Source: Auanema rhodensis
Lineage: Eukaryota > Animalia > Nematoda
Length of the DNA: 64,000 bases
NCBI GenBank assembly: GCA_964057225.1
Contig: OZ059895.1
Coordinates: 8,804,001-8,868,000 of the forward strand
Direction: 5' to 3'
Of this stretch, positions 40,390-53,315 are shown one piece after another. Within the stretch, counting starts at the first letter, position 1. Each line of letters starts with the position of its first letter. A program made the position numbers and the translations under genes. The notes beneath the pieces were generated by a model. It made no database searches. It was not told where the DNA came from and saw only the letters and a list, made by a program, of their open reading frames with translations.

Positions 40390-41674
40390 CTACTTTATGT
40401 GAACTCCGAATATTTCCAGATCACCTTCAACTGAGAGTTTATTAATGGTGTGTACAGGTAGACGATGTTCAAATGAACAATAGAAACAATCATTAATGAG
40501 AATCTGAAATAAAAAGAATTTTTTTTGAAATTTTTGAATTAAAACTAACAGTAAAACGAAGATCTTCAACAAAAATTAATATATCAAAGGTTTTCTTTTT
40601 AGTCAACGGGAATTTTCCTTCACCAACTTTCTCTTCTGTTCCCCATTTATTTTCAATTCGTGAGTTACGATAGATTTTCTAAAATAAATTAATTATATTA
40701 TAAAATTATGTAAAATATAAACCTTATCTTTAAAACTTGGATTAATTCTGAAAGCAATATCACTATCAGCAAGAAAATCTATAGTAAATTGTTTTGCTGT
40801 TTTAATAACAACACCGGATATGTATAGTTTTCTTCCACAGAATAGATTACCAGGAATATCAGCTGCATAAGGTACTTGCTAAAGAAAAAAACAAAATGTT
40901 TTCAAATCATAAAATCATTTAAAACAAACATAAAATTTGCCTTCCCAAGCTACGACATATAGTTGTACATCACCATTGACGTATATATGGGAAATGTTGT
41001 TGATAGGAAGATAATGAGCAAAAGTTGCAATTAACTTGTGTTCGATGTAAATCTTAAAAGAATAATTTATATAAATATATATGTATAGTTAATATAACTT
41101 ACAGTAAATACATCTTCAGAGCAACGAATACGAATATCAAATTCATCTCCTTCTTTCCAATTATGACGGAATGCTACTTCTCTACACAACATTTTTTATT
41201 TTTATAATTATTAGTTAACATACTTTCCCCATTCACCGTTTACACATCCATTCAAATAAAGTTTTTTTTTTGAAATATCAGCTCGTAGAGATAATAGACG
41301 ATTATCAAGTTGATCATTATCATTTTCAATTTCAACACAAGGACCAGATGTTAAATTGATCAAAAATTCATTAACTCCTTTAATTATAGGATATAATGTT
41401 ATTTTTTATTATAAACTAACCAGTTATGTAACCACGTACAACTAAGGATTGACCACCTTGAAGTTGATTGCCTTCAAGACGTGAGAGGTACGGTACTGGC
41501 TGAAATTTATTCAAAATTCAAAAATAAAATTCTATTTTTTTAAAGTTTTGTTAGATAGTTCATAGAGAAATAAGCAAAATATCATACAAATGTCTTATTT
41601 CTGCCAGTTACAGAATCTTTTCTCGTCAACATTTTTTTCTTCGGGGCGAAGAATCGACGAAGAAATTCAGCCAT
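40390..41674 (-). CDS. Tandem-repeat galectin, atypical (possibly lec-12-like)
   Basis: Two CRDs: PVPY..GQSLVVRG..FLINL..NGEWGKE..GDEFDIRI and VPY..GRKLYISG..IAFRINP..RNS..KWGTEE..FP..TFDILI..FEHRLP..LSVEGDLEI. Confidence 0.88.
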
Positions 41675-43108
41675 TTTCTATAAATTTTAAATTTTAAAAA
41701 AAATAAATATATACTATATGTATTAAATAAGAAAATATATTAAAATATAATAGAAAAAAATATTTTTAACATATTCTACTTTGTAATAAAAGAAAAAAAA
41801 AGAAATGAAATGTATAATAAAACTTCTATTAAAAACAGAGAAAATTTGTACAAATACTTTCGTTCTAAGGAAAACAAAAGACTTTTTAATTCACATTTGT
41901 CCTTCAACGCCTCTAAATCTATTCCTAGAGAAACTTCATATCTAATTAATTTGAAACAAGATTGTTTAAGTTAGGAGGGATGAAGATTATCTTTTAATAA
42001 ATTTGTAAATATTTATTGGAGTATAATGGAAGAGAATTTCGAGATACATGAAGAAAAAAGGAAAGAAAATGAACTGTTCTGCTATCATTCAGAGCATAAT
42101 AAAGAAAAAAATGAAAATTTAAAAGATTATAAATAAGCCACAAAACGAGTATAAATAGGGTTGGAATTCAAATGATGATGATGAAAAGGTAAGTTGTAGC
42201 ATTAGTATAAAACAGAAAAAGACAATATGGTGTAACAAAAGCGTTAGTTAGAACACAAGGTTGTTAATCAGGCTGTAAGGAAAAAGGGTTGACGGTGGGA
42301 AAAGGAGTAAAGGAGTGGTGGCGGGGGAGAAAGAGAGAGAGAGAACGGGAATGAAGAAATGACCCAATCAAGTATAGGTAGCATTTTGTATTAAAAATCA
42401 TTAATTTCTTTTACAAAAATATATTTAAGCTTTCCCAATTCAACATAATATATAATATGAGAATTTAGAAATATTATATAAAAAAAGAAAAAATAATTTA
42501 TATTTCTTTCAGGTAAAAGTCGGGAAATTATTTAAAACTTAAAGAAGAATTACGGTATAAACCATGCTAAATACTAAAAAGACAAGTAATGAATGAAGAT
42601 AATAGATGAATATAATCAATGATAAATTGAAAAAAACAAACGAACTATCAGTATCTTAGAAAACAACAAGTGAGAAAATGAAGAAGATCAATAAGGTTTC
42701 AGTTAGTTCTGATTTATTATGTGCTGGAACTAAATTAATTTCCATTTCATGTATAAATACATATATAATAAGATTTCATATATGAATTATTTTATTTTTA
42801 AAGAAAAAAAACATTAAAAGCAATTTAAATTTATCATTATTATGATATGTATAAATAATTATTTTAAATTGATAATCTTATTATATTCTAATTGTATTTA
42901 AGATTTGGTTTAATATTAAAAACTATTGATTTATCAACATTCTTCTTAAATTATAAAACGACTTTATTACAAGTTAAATGTCTTTGGAAATTAATTCGAT
43001 TAAAACATGACAATAATTGAACAATAATAAATTAATTCTAGTTTAAAATAATAACAATTACATATACATATATATTATATTTTTTATTTTATTAAATATA
43101 AGAATATT

Positions 43109-43140
<32 letters not shown>

Positions 43141-44347
43141 ACTTAAACAGATAAACCAATAGTTTTTTATAAAAAAATATTTAAACATTCACATTTCCTC
43201 ATTATTATATTCGATTGAGAATACTAATGTTATGCAATAAAGCTATTTTTTTTATTTTTCAATATAACATCACTTGAGCGGTTGCATACTGAACATTCAT
43301 TGACTTCTTTTCAGAATCAATTGAAGCTCGAAGTTTATTTCCATTACTATTTTATTAGAAAATGAATTTTAAGGAGTAAATATCAAGTCACAATTCAATG
43401 TTCCCTCTTTTATTTTGCCACCTAGAACTCTTGTACACGTTATTATTGAAATCAATTACACATGTACATACATGCGAATTGTACTTCCGTTCAAAACATA
43501 ATTGATGATTACTATTCCAAAAAGAATACATATATCTTCAATTTTGAATTAAAAGTTTAAATCGGATGTTCTTGAACTAAAAGTTGTTTACCTTTCCTTC
43601 ATGTTCCATCGTGACAAGAAGTGGCAAACATGAAGCTGGTGGGCTCTATTTGTCTTTTCATATTACAACAAATTTATTACTATCCATTTACTTCAAAGAT
43701 TCAATGTCTTCTTCATTTATCAATATTCCATTGCTTTATCGTTGTATTAATAGAATCGGCTTAGCCAAATCTCATAAGTTTTTTCCTTTTTTTGTTAAAA
43801 TAACAGCTTTTAGGCTCATCTTAATGAGGATCTAATCTCTGTATAGCATTCCGATTTTCTTATTTCGTCCATCTTTTTAATAACCTGATTACTTCCATTT
43901 CGTTTTGGAATTCTACAGCTTTCCAGACAAAATCGTTCGCAAACTTCAATCGGCGCTTTTTTCTATTCTTTTACATGGCTCATATAAACTAAATCAAACA
44001 ATTCTATTGTAAACTTCTGTTTACAAACTCATATTCTATAACCTCATCCTCTATTCAATTTATATTGCAACGGTCAACGATAACAATGCCAAAGCATGAA
44101 CGCCGTATGGTTACAATTATGTCTCCATTAGGCGTCTGTTTCTATTATTTTTCATAGTGGGGATTACTCGGAATTAGGCGCAAGCGGTCTGCGTCGCGTA
44201 TTGCTGGACGCCTGCCAACATGTGTATACAAAACATTGTTTATTATAATATTTATCATAACTTTTAAAGCTTTTATCTTAGAAAATGATCTTATATTGAT
44301 TTAACAGTTTTTAAATATTCCTATTCAAGTTTCAATGTTTAGCCAAA

Positions 44348-45095
44348 ATGCCGACACTTCCTGGTCATCAGCGTAATGTTTCTCAAGGGCAACATGTATG
44401 CTACCTTATCTTGTTATTAGATTATTTTAATAAATCGTTTACAGCTTATTGTCGATCGAACAGATTCTGGAGATGAAGAAGATGTTGAACGTTGTAGTGG
44501 TACTAGAACACCGCCGATATCTCAGGTATTCTTAATTTGTTTTGTGCTCACATATATTTTTAAAAAATTTAATATTTTGTTTAAACGATAGTTTTATAGT
44601 GTTATAATTTTATTTCTATTTTAGGGTGTTTATCCGGGAGGTAGCCCCACCCATGAACATTGCAGACCACAAGATAACAAAGCAAAGTTAGTGTTAATCA
44701 GTTCACTCCAATAATTAAATTAATATTTTAATTTTCAGAGGACTTTGCAGTGATCCACAAATTCGGGCTAACGTGAGGGTCATTTTGGGTTCAATTGTAC
44801 TTACCATAGTTGGAGCTAGTAAAAATCTTAAGATTAATTTTTTTTCTAAAATTTCGTTAATTTCAGTTCTGTTAGTTTTTGGAGTAGTAACATGGGTTAA
44901 CAATAGTGGAGGTAAGACAACTTATGAATACTCTATTATCTATAGCTATGTTTAGAAGGAACAAAAATAGGCGTTCTATTTTTTGCCGGATCAGTGTGCT
45001 TTATACCTGGCTTTTACCATGTTTTTTATATTTTCTGCACATTGTGTGGAAGACCCGGATATTCATTTGATAAACTCCCTACTTTTAATAGATAA
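44348..45095 (+). CDS. TMEM134 (TMEM230/134 family) membrane protein
   Basis: DPQIRANVRVILGSIVLTIVG, then FFAGSVCFIPGFYHVFYIFCTLCGRPGYSFDKLPTFNR*. Confidence 0.85.
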
Positions 45096-46604
45096 TACGA
45101 AATCTCTAAAAATCTCTGTCGAAAGTTTTAGTTTTGTGATAATTGTATATTTCATATATATTTGTTATTTTCTGCTTGCACTTTGACATTAGTGACTATC
45201 AATTCTCAGAATCCACAGGGTACAAGCTATACCGTTTAAAAGTTCTGTTCATTTGATATGTTACAAACTCAGGTTTCTTGTATATTCTTCTTTGTTTACT
45301 ATTTGTACATATTTATATTTATATATGGTTTTCAGAGTGATTTTTTGAAAAAATCCTCGGCTTGATTAGATATTGGTCTCTCTCTCTTTTTTTCTTTCTT
45401 TCGGAAATTATAACTAACCATGTCTCACAGAAGCTTATTCCTTCCCGATGTTGGCATAATCGACGCTGTGATCAGGGTCTCCACATTCTAGTTGCTTGCC
45501 GTTGTCTTCCCAGTTGAACCAACTCTTTTATGTTTGAAAGTCAAGTTTGCACTCAATTTTGCACATTTTAATTTTTGCTTTTCCTCTATATAATAGAACT
45601 GTAGCTATTGATTGAGAGCAGCTTGAATTATGTACGGCTCTAAGCTCACTTCTTCATTGAGATTTCAACGTTGAGATTCTACTTGCTTGTTGCATATAAA
45701 TATTGCGTTTTTTACAACTTTATAAAATATTTAAAGATTAAGAAAGAATACGATGAATACATACAACTTGAATAGTAATAATAAGAATATTGAAAGACAA
45801 AATATATTTAATATAAAATATAAATATCTGATTAAGTTTTCTTTATATTATTTAAGCTATCGGTTACAAGAAATATGTTTAAATTTGATATATTATTCAA
45901 TATACTAAATATTCTCATTGATATTAGATGACATTAAGATATTTTATGACTTACAGTAATGAATTAAATAGAAAATTGAGAAGTGTCAGCATTAATATGT
46001 ACTAAGGTGTTTGACTTCATCAAATTTTCATGAAAAACCGATACATTACCACTTATATCTGGCAATATATGTAACATTAGAATCATCATATTGTCAATAT
46101 TCGTATAAATTCCTTATTAGTTATTCAGTTAAGACAGTATCTCATATATATATATATTCTTCTACATATTGTTTAGAATTTATGAAATTTAAGTGAAAGA
46201 AATTATATTTCATGTACGTATCTTATGTGTATATCTATATATATATACATGTATTCAAATACATAATTGACATAAATAAATTTTTTATTTGAAAAACAAA
46301 AAAAAAACAGAAATCATGATTATATACTATATAAGTCTTAATCATGATGTTCACAATCACACATCATTAGATAAGCTTTAAGAAACATTAGTAACTACAG
46401 TAATCCTTTGAGCTATTTTGCTGAGAATAATCCTAGCAAGACCCGTTTTAATATGATTAGTGTCTGCGAACTTTTAATTGCGTTAGGATTATCAGTAAAT
46501 ACACGAAAAAAAGAGAAACGTATGGAATGAATGATGGAATTATTTGAAATATAGCCTTAAGTATCGAAGCTTCTATGTTCATTTGGTGTTGAAACTTTCA
46601 TGTA

Positions 46605-48533
46605 TCATGAACTGCTTGACTTGATATTTGTCGATTCCCGATTTTGCTTCCGTTCCTTTGCTCGTCGATTTTTGAACCAAACCTGAGAAAAAATATGGAT
46701 AAACCTATATTATCATATTAATTTATGTTAAATTAAGCAGAAACATTAGAGGTCGAGTGACTTAGCCCTCACAAGCCAAGCTCCAGCTGTCTACGGTCTC
46801 AACTGAACCAACTATTAGCCCGAAACAGTTACCGCTAATTACAGGTGACAATAATCTTTTGAGCCATCATATATAGGCTATTGGATTAAGATTATTTCCT
46901 ATCCAATATGGTATGGTAAGATTGTTTCGACCCAGTAATATTTAAAGAGAGAAAAATAAATATTTACCTCGACACGTTCTTCTTTTAAATCACATTGTAC
47001 TGCAAGCTTCTCACGTTGAGCAACATCAGGATAATGAGTGTTAGTGAATGTTTCTTCCAAAATCTGTAATTTATATTGTTTATACCAATAATTATTCAGA
47101 GAGCACAAACTTACATTCAATTGATCTTCAGAGAAAATAGTTCTATGTCGTCGTTTTCTTTTGCCAGAAAAGTGAAATGTTGGAAAACAGTTTGGCATAA
47201 ATTGGTTAGCTGCCATTAAGTTTGGAGCTGAAAAAGACCATGTTTAAGGGTATTAAACCATTTTTCTTTACAAATCACGTGACTTCACTTCTATTTTACC
47301 AATCTGATGGTAACACATGTAAAACTAGTGTGCCAGAAGTATTTGAGACATTCATATATAGTAAAAAAGGATTTATGTTTGCTCATCTACTTGAAAACGT
47401 CTAGTAAACGATTCAAATGGCCTTCCTTTTTACTTTTTTTATTCACTTTACGTATCAAGTATATGATGATGGAAGTGTCAAAAGAAAAGATTGAACAGTA
47501 AAGACTGAAAATTTTTCCAGAAGATGTTATGGTCTTCTAAATATTGCTGAGAAACAACATTTCACTATTTATATGAAATTAAACTTTTTTTTTGGCATGT
47601 AAAGCCCATATACGTTTGTATATCAATGATTATTAAAAATAAAGATGGTGGTCAAGTTATATGCTTTTCCTTTCCTCCATATAAAAATAATTCTTTAAAG
47701 GTGTATTCGAAAGTTCCAATTAACCTAATGACTTCGAATGATTTAAGGTTCTTGATTGAATGTTGTTAGCCGGAAATGTATTTCGTCTCAAGACCAATAA
47801 ACTTTAATTTCAAAAAGTTATATGATATACATAGAAAGGCTGTATCTATTTAAAAGATAACGAGTATCGGAAACTATCTACAGTATGACTAACAAGACTA
47901 AATTTCGCACAATTCATAATGTTCCAGTCATAGCAACTAGGTTTAATTCAAATGAGATGTAAAAGATGGAAAAATTAGCGAATATAATTGAAAGACTAAA
48001 ATAGAGAAACAATTCAGTTTGATCAAGCAGCTAATCGTTCAATCGTAATCGCAATCTCATTTCTAATAAGGTTTAAGAACTATTCTGAATTAAATGATGG
48101 GATTTAAGTCATTAGTAATTAAGAGAATACTATTTTATAGTAAGTATTGTCACTATTAAAGTTTTAAATAACTAAAGAATAAGCTGAAACTTACGGAATA
48201 AATATGGAGCTGGAATAGAGCTCCACGGCTGAGGAAACATGTCATTGATAGGTAATTGAGGAATGGCAAATGGAATTCTAGCTGATAATATGTTTTCAAT
48301 GGAAAATGGAGTAGTAGAACTTGAACTGAAAAAAAAATACAAAAAATGATTTTATTAATTTTTCTATTTTGAAATGAAAAGGATGAATTGAAGTGTAATA
48401 CATACTTAGATGGGACGGTAGACATAGCTGCTGCTTGAAGACAATTTCGAAGTTGATCAACCGTTGCTGCTGCAGAAGCTGAGGCTGGCAGATAATATGA
48501 TGGCTGATAGGAGGATGATGACATGTGTATCAT
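46605..48533 (-). CDS. ceh-45: Goosecoid-type K50 paired-like homeobox protein
   Basis: eh1 motif FSIENIL; homeodomain [45 protein letters not shown]. Confidence 0.9.
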
Positions 48534-51049
48534 CAGAATATTGTAATCAACAATGGGAGCGTCGAAGTTGAAACGTTATATACTGTTGATCTTTGGCACA
48601 AAGAAGTAAACTGAAAGAAAATAAGTTTATAAAACAGTAATAAAATTTTCATATTAAGAAAATAGGAGTCGTCAGAATTATAATGCTTTTACTAAGAAGG
48701 ACAAGCCCGCCAGCTGGGACGGCTACCATAAGACACGCCTCTACGGCGGCCTATAGCGGTTGCTGATTGGCTGACCACGCCCAAAATGCACACAGCCACT
48801 ATATGCCGACTACAGCAAACTATTAGAATAATTAAGAGCAAAATGTAAGATTTAGTTGGTGTTAACGAATGAAAGAGAGAGACAAAGAGAGAATTAGATT
48901 CATATACTTGTAGAAAAAGGGATAAGAAAGCAGCTTAGCTAGAAAATTTGAGTTCAAATTATGAATGAAGGCAAATTCAAATCCACTAAGCAAATCTCAT
49001 CCGTAGAAGCATGAGTAAACAAGTATGGTTTAGGAATATTCGGAATATTAGTTAGTTGCTTTTAAGGAAAATCTTGCAGAGAAAGAGGCCGTTGATCTTT
49101 AGCTTAAACGATTTATAAGAAATCTTTGATTTCACGAATTCAAAGAACTACAATATAAGTTGTTTTATAAAAAAAAGGCAACATTCATATAACTTCTTGG
49201 GAAAAATTAAAAAATGATGAATAGGAACAAGTCAAACATCATTGAAGAGCTCGAAAAACCTATCGGTTATTTATGTTCAAAAGTATAAATCGATGAGTTT
49301 TTCACATTGAAACACGCAATGTTGACTGAAGACTGACAGATTTGTAATGTAAGAGCACTCCGATAATTTTTCCTGTTGTTTCGGTGCAAACTTGTTCGAT
49401 AGAGCACAATACAAGATGTTTGTTTTAGGAGCAGAAGCTAGCAATTAAATCCAAATATGGTCACTTAATACCATAAACCATAACTACAATGCGGGCAAAT
49501 GATTAAGACAACATACTGAATACAAGAAGAAAATACAAGATTCTTATGTGTTTATCGAATAATATAGAAGATAAGTAATAGAAATAAAGAAGATATTGAA
49601 ATATATAAGTTATAGAGACACGTTTTCTCTCAAAAGGAAATTGCCATCTAAGGGTCGGTCTAGCAAATAAAAAATAATATGAAATACCCACTTCAACGAT
49701 ATTTAGTTCTTATAATCAATGCGCCTGAGTTATCGACAGTAGCATGGACGAGGTATGGAAGAGAAAGAAGGTCGTCACCAGCATCAACACTACTCTGCAA
49801 TCCTCCCGCCCCTACAAACATGCACATACAGCTGATTCGATTAGTTCTACTGACACGAATTATACTATCATCGGATGAAATCAGAAGACAGAAAAAACGA
49901 TCGAGCATACATTGCTGATTATTCAAACGCATTTGAGAAAAATCTCTGTCAGCAATATGATGCCAAGCAGATTTCGAAGAGAAAAAAAGAAAACAAAATA
50001 GATAACAGGACACATTAACTAGCCAATTGATGCAATATTTTGATCTACCCATGAGTCTGAACATTGAAGGGGGCGGCTGTCCTTGTGCGTAGCTAGTGAA
50101 CCGAAGTAATTCTAGCCAATGACACAAATGTGTTAACATCATCTTCATACCAAATATCTTCTTTCATTATTGGCGATCCTTTGATTAGGTCTTTCTATCT
50201 TTTCTTAATCAGATAGCTCATTAACATTGGTCCTTAACTATCCCTCATATTCATCTCTTTGCCGCTAATATTTCTAATATTTCATGGCAATGGGTTACAA
50301 TTAAATGATTATCACGTTATCTATCATTATATCTGATATTTATATACAATCGTTCAGTTTTTTTGTAATTTTTTATTTTTTTTTAGTTGAACTTCTAACA
50401 AGATTATATCTTTCTTTAACTAAAATTTGTTCTATTTCTATACTATCCTGCTTTTCTTCGCTGTCAATTTCTCTGAGAGACCCTATTGTATTCTCCCATG
50501 CTAAGCTGTCATAATCCGATCAGCCAATTTCACGGCTTACTGTAACGCATTTCTACTGCATACTGTAGGCAAGCGTATAATTTCGATGAAGCGTTAGTTT
50601 TCTCAAAATAATTATACCAAAATAACGACAAAACAATTAATTATTTTATATTATTCATATAAAACTAATGAGTTTGAAACTATCTTATTTGAAAAATCAA
50701 TAATTTTAAACGAAACAGAAGACTTTTTTGTTTATATTTCCTTGAAACTGAAACAAAAGGAGAATTGAATAGATAGAAGCTTAACACAATAATACTTTTC
50801 TATACCAACATAGAAATGAATTGAAAGTTTTTCAATGCACGATAGTTAATCAAGCTAACAAAGTGAAAACTGTCTCGTTGTATTTGAAGTTGTAACAACA
50901 GTGAGTCTCTGCCAGTTATCTAGTTTTGTAATGTGCTCAAAAGATTGTCTACAACGCACATTCTATTTGGCAGAATTTCCTTTCATAAAATAACTTTCTT
51001 TTTTTGAACATAAAGAAAGCGACCACGTACTAACCTTTAGAATCAAATT

Positions 51050-51640
51050 CTAAGCTCTTGTTTTCTTAATGCTAATGTCAACAGAAGAGGTCGGAAGTGG
51101 CATCGATGGAATCATATATCTGTCAAGACAAGACACCTCATCTTTCTATACATTTCTTCTCTCGATCGCTCTAATATTCTTTGGGAGTTAGTATAGACAC
51201 TCAGTCTTTATATCTACAATCTCATATTTTGAACATTTAATTGCATATTTACAAAGTCTGACAATCTCTAATAAGTTCTTCTGGCAAATATAAACATAAA
51301 CTTTAACCTAGTCATCTCATACTAAGTAGCTTCTACTGATGCTAGTAGCAGTAATACTAATATTACATGTACAAGTAATGTGCAAAAATAATAAAGAAGA
51401 TTTAAAACACATGTGATATGATGAAAGAGAGTTCAAGCAGAGATGTCTCACACGCAACTGCTTTGGAATTATTTGAACATCACTGTTAAGGTTACATACG
51501 CCGTCGGAAGTTGTCGGTAACAAGAAATATGTTGTGTTTTCTTCATAACACCCCAGGAAGCTCTGAACATCAGACAGAGAAAAGGTGCCAGATCCGGCAC
51601 CTTTTCGGCCTATTTTGATCTTTTCATCGAAGTCAAGCAT
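51050..51640 (-). CDS. Possible small 3-exon orphan gene (about 110 aa)
   Basis: The ORF MLDFDEKIKIG...IIPKQL can be spliced in frame to ELIRDCQT and ILERSREEMYRKMRCLVLTDMIP...TRA*. No family recognised. Confidence 0.3.
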
Positions 51641-53315
51641 GATTCTATATACATATATAAAAAATTAGGCTGCTATAAGAATCGGTTAGATTAATATATA
51701 AACTACCAGAACCATTAAGTTATATTCATCTGATCTCCCCAAAATTCCGTTTAAAACGGTTGACTGAGCATAGAAGACAAGAGACGAATATCTTACAAAG
51801 TTTCTCGGGATCGAACAGAAAGATGAATGACAGTGATAAATAATTTCTACCATCTTATGTATACTCCAATGCACAATGATTATAATATTATATAGAAGAA
51901 TTGAGATCGTGAAGTTCTTATAGTCGGTTAAGCCTGCCAAAGTTTACTTAAAGAAAAAGGTTATTGCTCATCTGCGTATCAAGTTTGCAAGAAAAAAACA
52001 TCTCGTTTAATCAGCTGTCAACACCTGGTAGCTTCACACCTACTTAGCTTTCAATATAAGATTCTATTACTCACTTGAATTTATTGGTTTGTTGACTTAA
52101 TTGGTTAAATGAGAGACATACAACCCAATATTGGGATGTAAATGTGGATAAAGAATAAATGTCGCCGATGCTGACGTTTGAAAAGACTTAATTAGCAACC
52201 ATATGAAGGAGATAAACTTAATCCAATCGCTTTCCGTTTTCATATGACTACGCTAGCGACTCTGCACCTTATTTATGGGATTAGTCAATCGTCAGTCCAG
52301 CCTCCCCCCCCTTCTCTCCTTCCAAGACAGCATTCTCGTAACCCTATAAGACAACTTATTTCCATAAAAGGAGAAAGACCCACTAATAAATCCAATATCA
52401 AAGAAATTATTTATATCTTTTTAAGGGTTTACGTCTGTTGAGTAAGAAAAAATAAATATTATTGATTACAACTCACTAATTATTTTTTGTTTTAAACTTC
52501 TTCACACCTTTAACTTTCAAAATTAATGTATGTTAAAACACTAAGCAGATGTTCTATTCTTTCCCAGCTGGATGTTCTTATGACCTCATTGACTAACAAC
52601 ATCTACGTCCAACAACTTCGATTCTAGTTTGAGCACAGAAGCATAATGTTCTTATGAATCTACAAAAGGTTTCAAGTGACTTCTAAACTGTTGTTTGGAT
52701 GAATCATATGCTTGATCACCTATGACTCTTCTCAGTCAGATTGTGTTAATTGCGTAATATCATCTCAAGAGTCTCATCTCATTTATATGGTATTTAAGGT
52801 ATTTGCATTGACGCTATACTCGAGATACAAGGTGTGATGAAGACTATCTGTCTCATTGTTATGTAATAAAATAGGAGAAGAATGGCAGAAATTGGGCTGC
52901 TCCTTGTTTTCTTCTCAAGAGCCTTCTCGTCTGCCCACTGTAAATATGGCCAAGGAAGTGGCAATGACCTTGTTTAATCTACACCTTGTTCTCGACAAGC
53001 TTATTATATTAATGCGAAAGGTGAACACAGATCATCCTACGGTAACCTAATTTGTCCTTAAACAAAGCTTTCACACCAAGCTTACCAGAACAGATTAACT
53101 TAGACAACTTCCAAATATGGAGCGTTCCCACTTCAACTACTAATCCAGTTAGTTATACCAAAACAACTATTGTACACATAATAGATTTTAGATATATTTA
53201 ATTCAAAAGATTGATTGTGTTGAAAAAAAGCTTTATTAGTTAAACCCGTAATTATTATTAAAAATTTCGTCTCATGCAAAATATGACATTTTTATATATT
53301 GAGATGCTTATTAAA

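Noticed and set aside
49693-50148. 151-aa minus-strand ORF upstream of goosecoid
   Set aside because: No recognisable domain and no consistent exon chain found; may be regulatory DNA.
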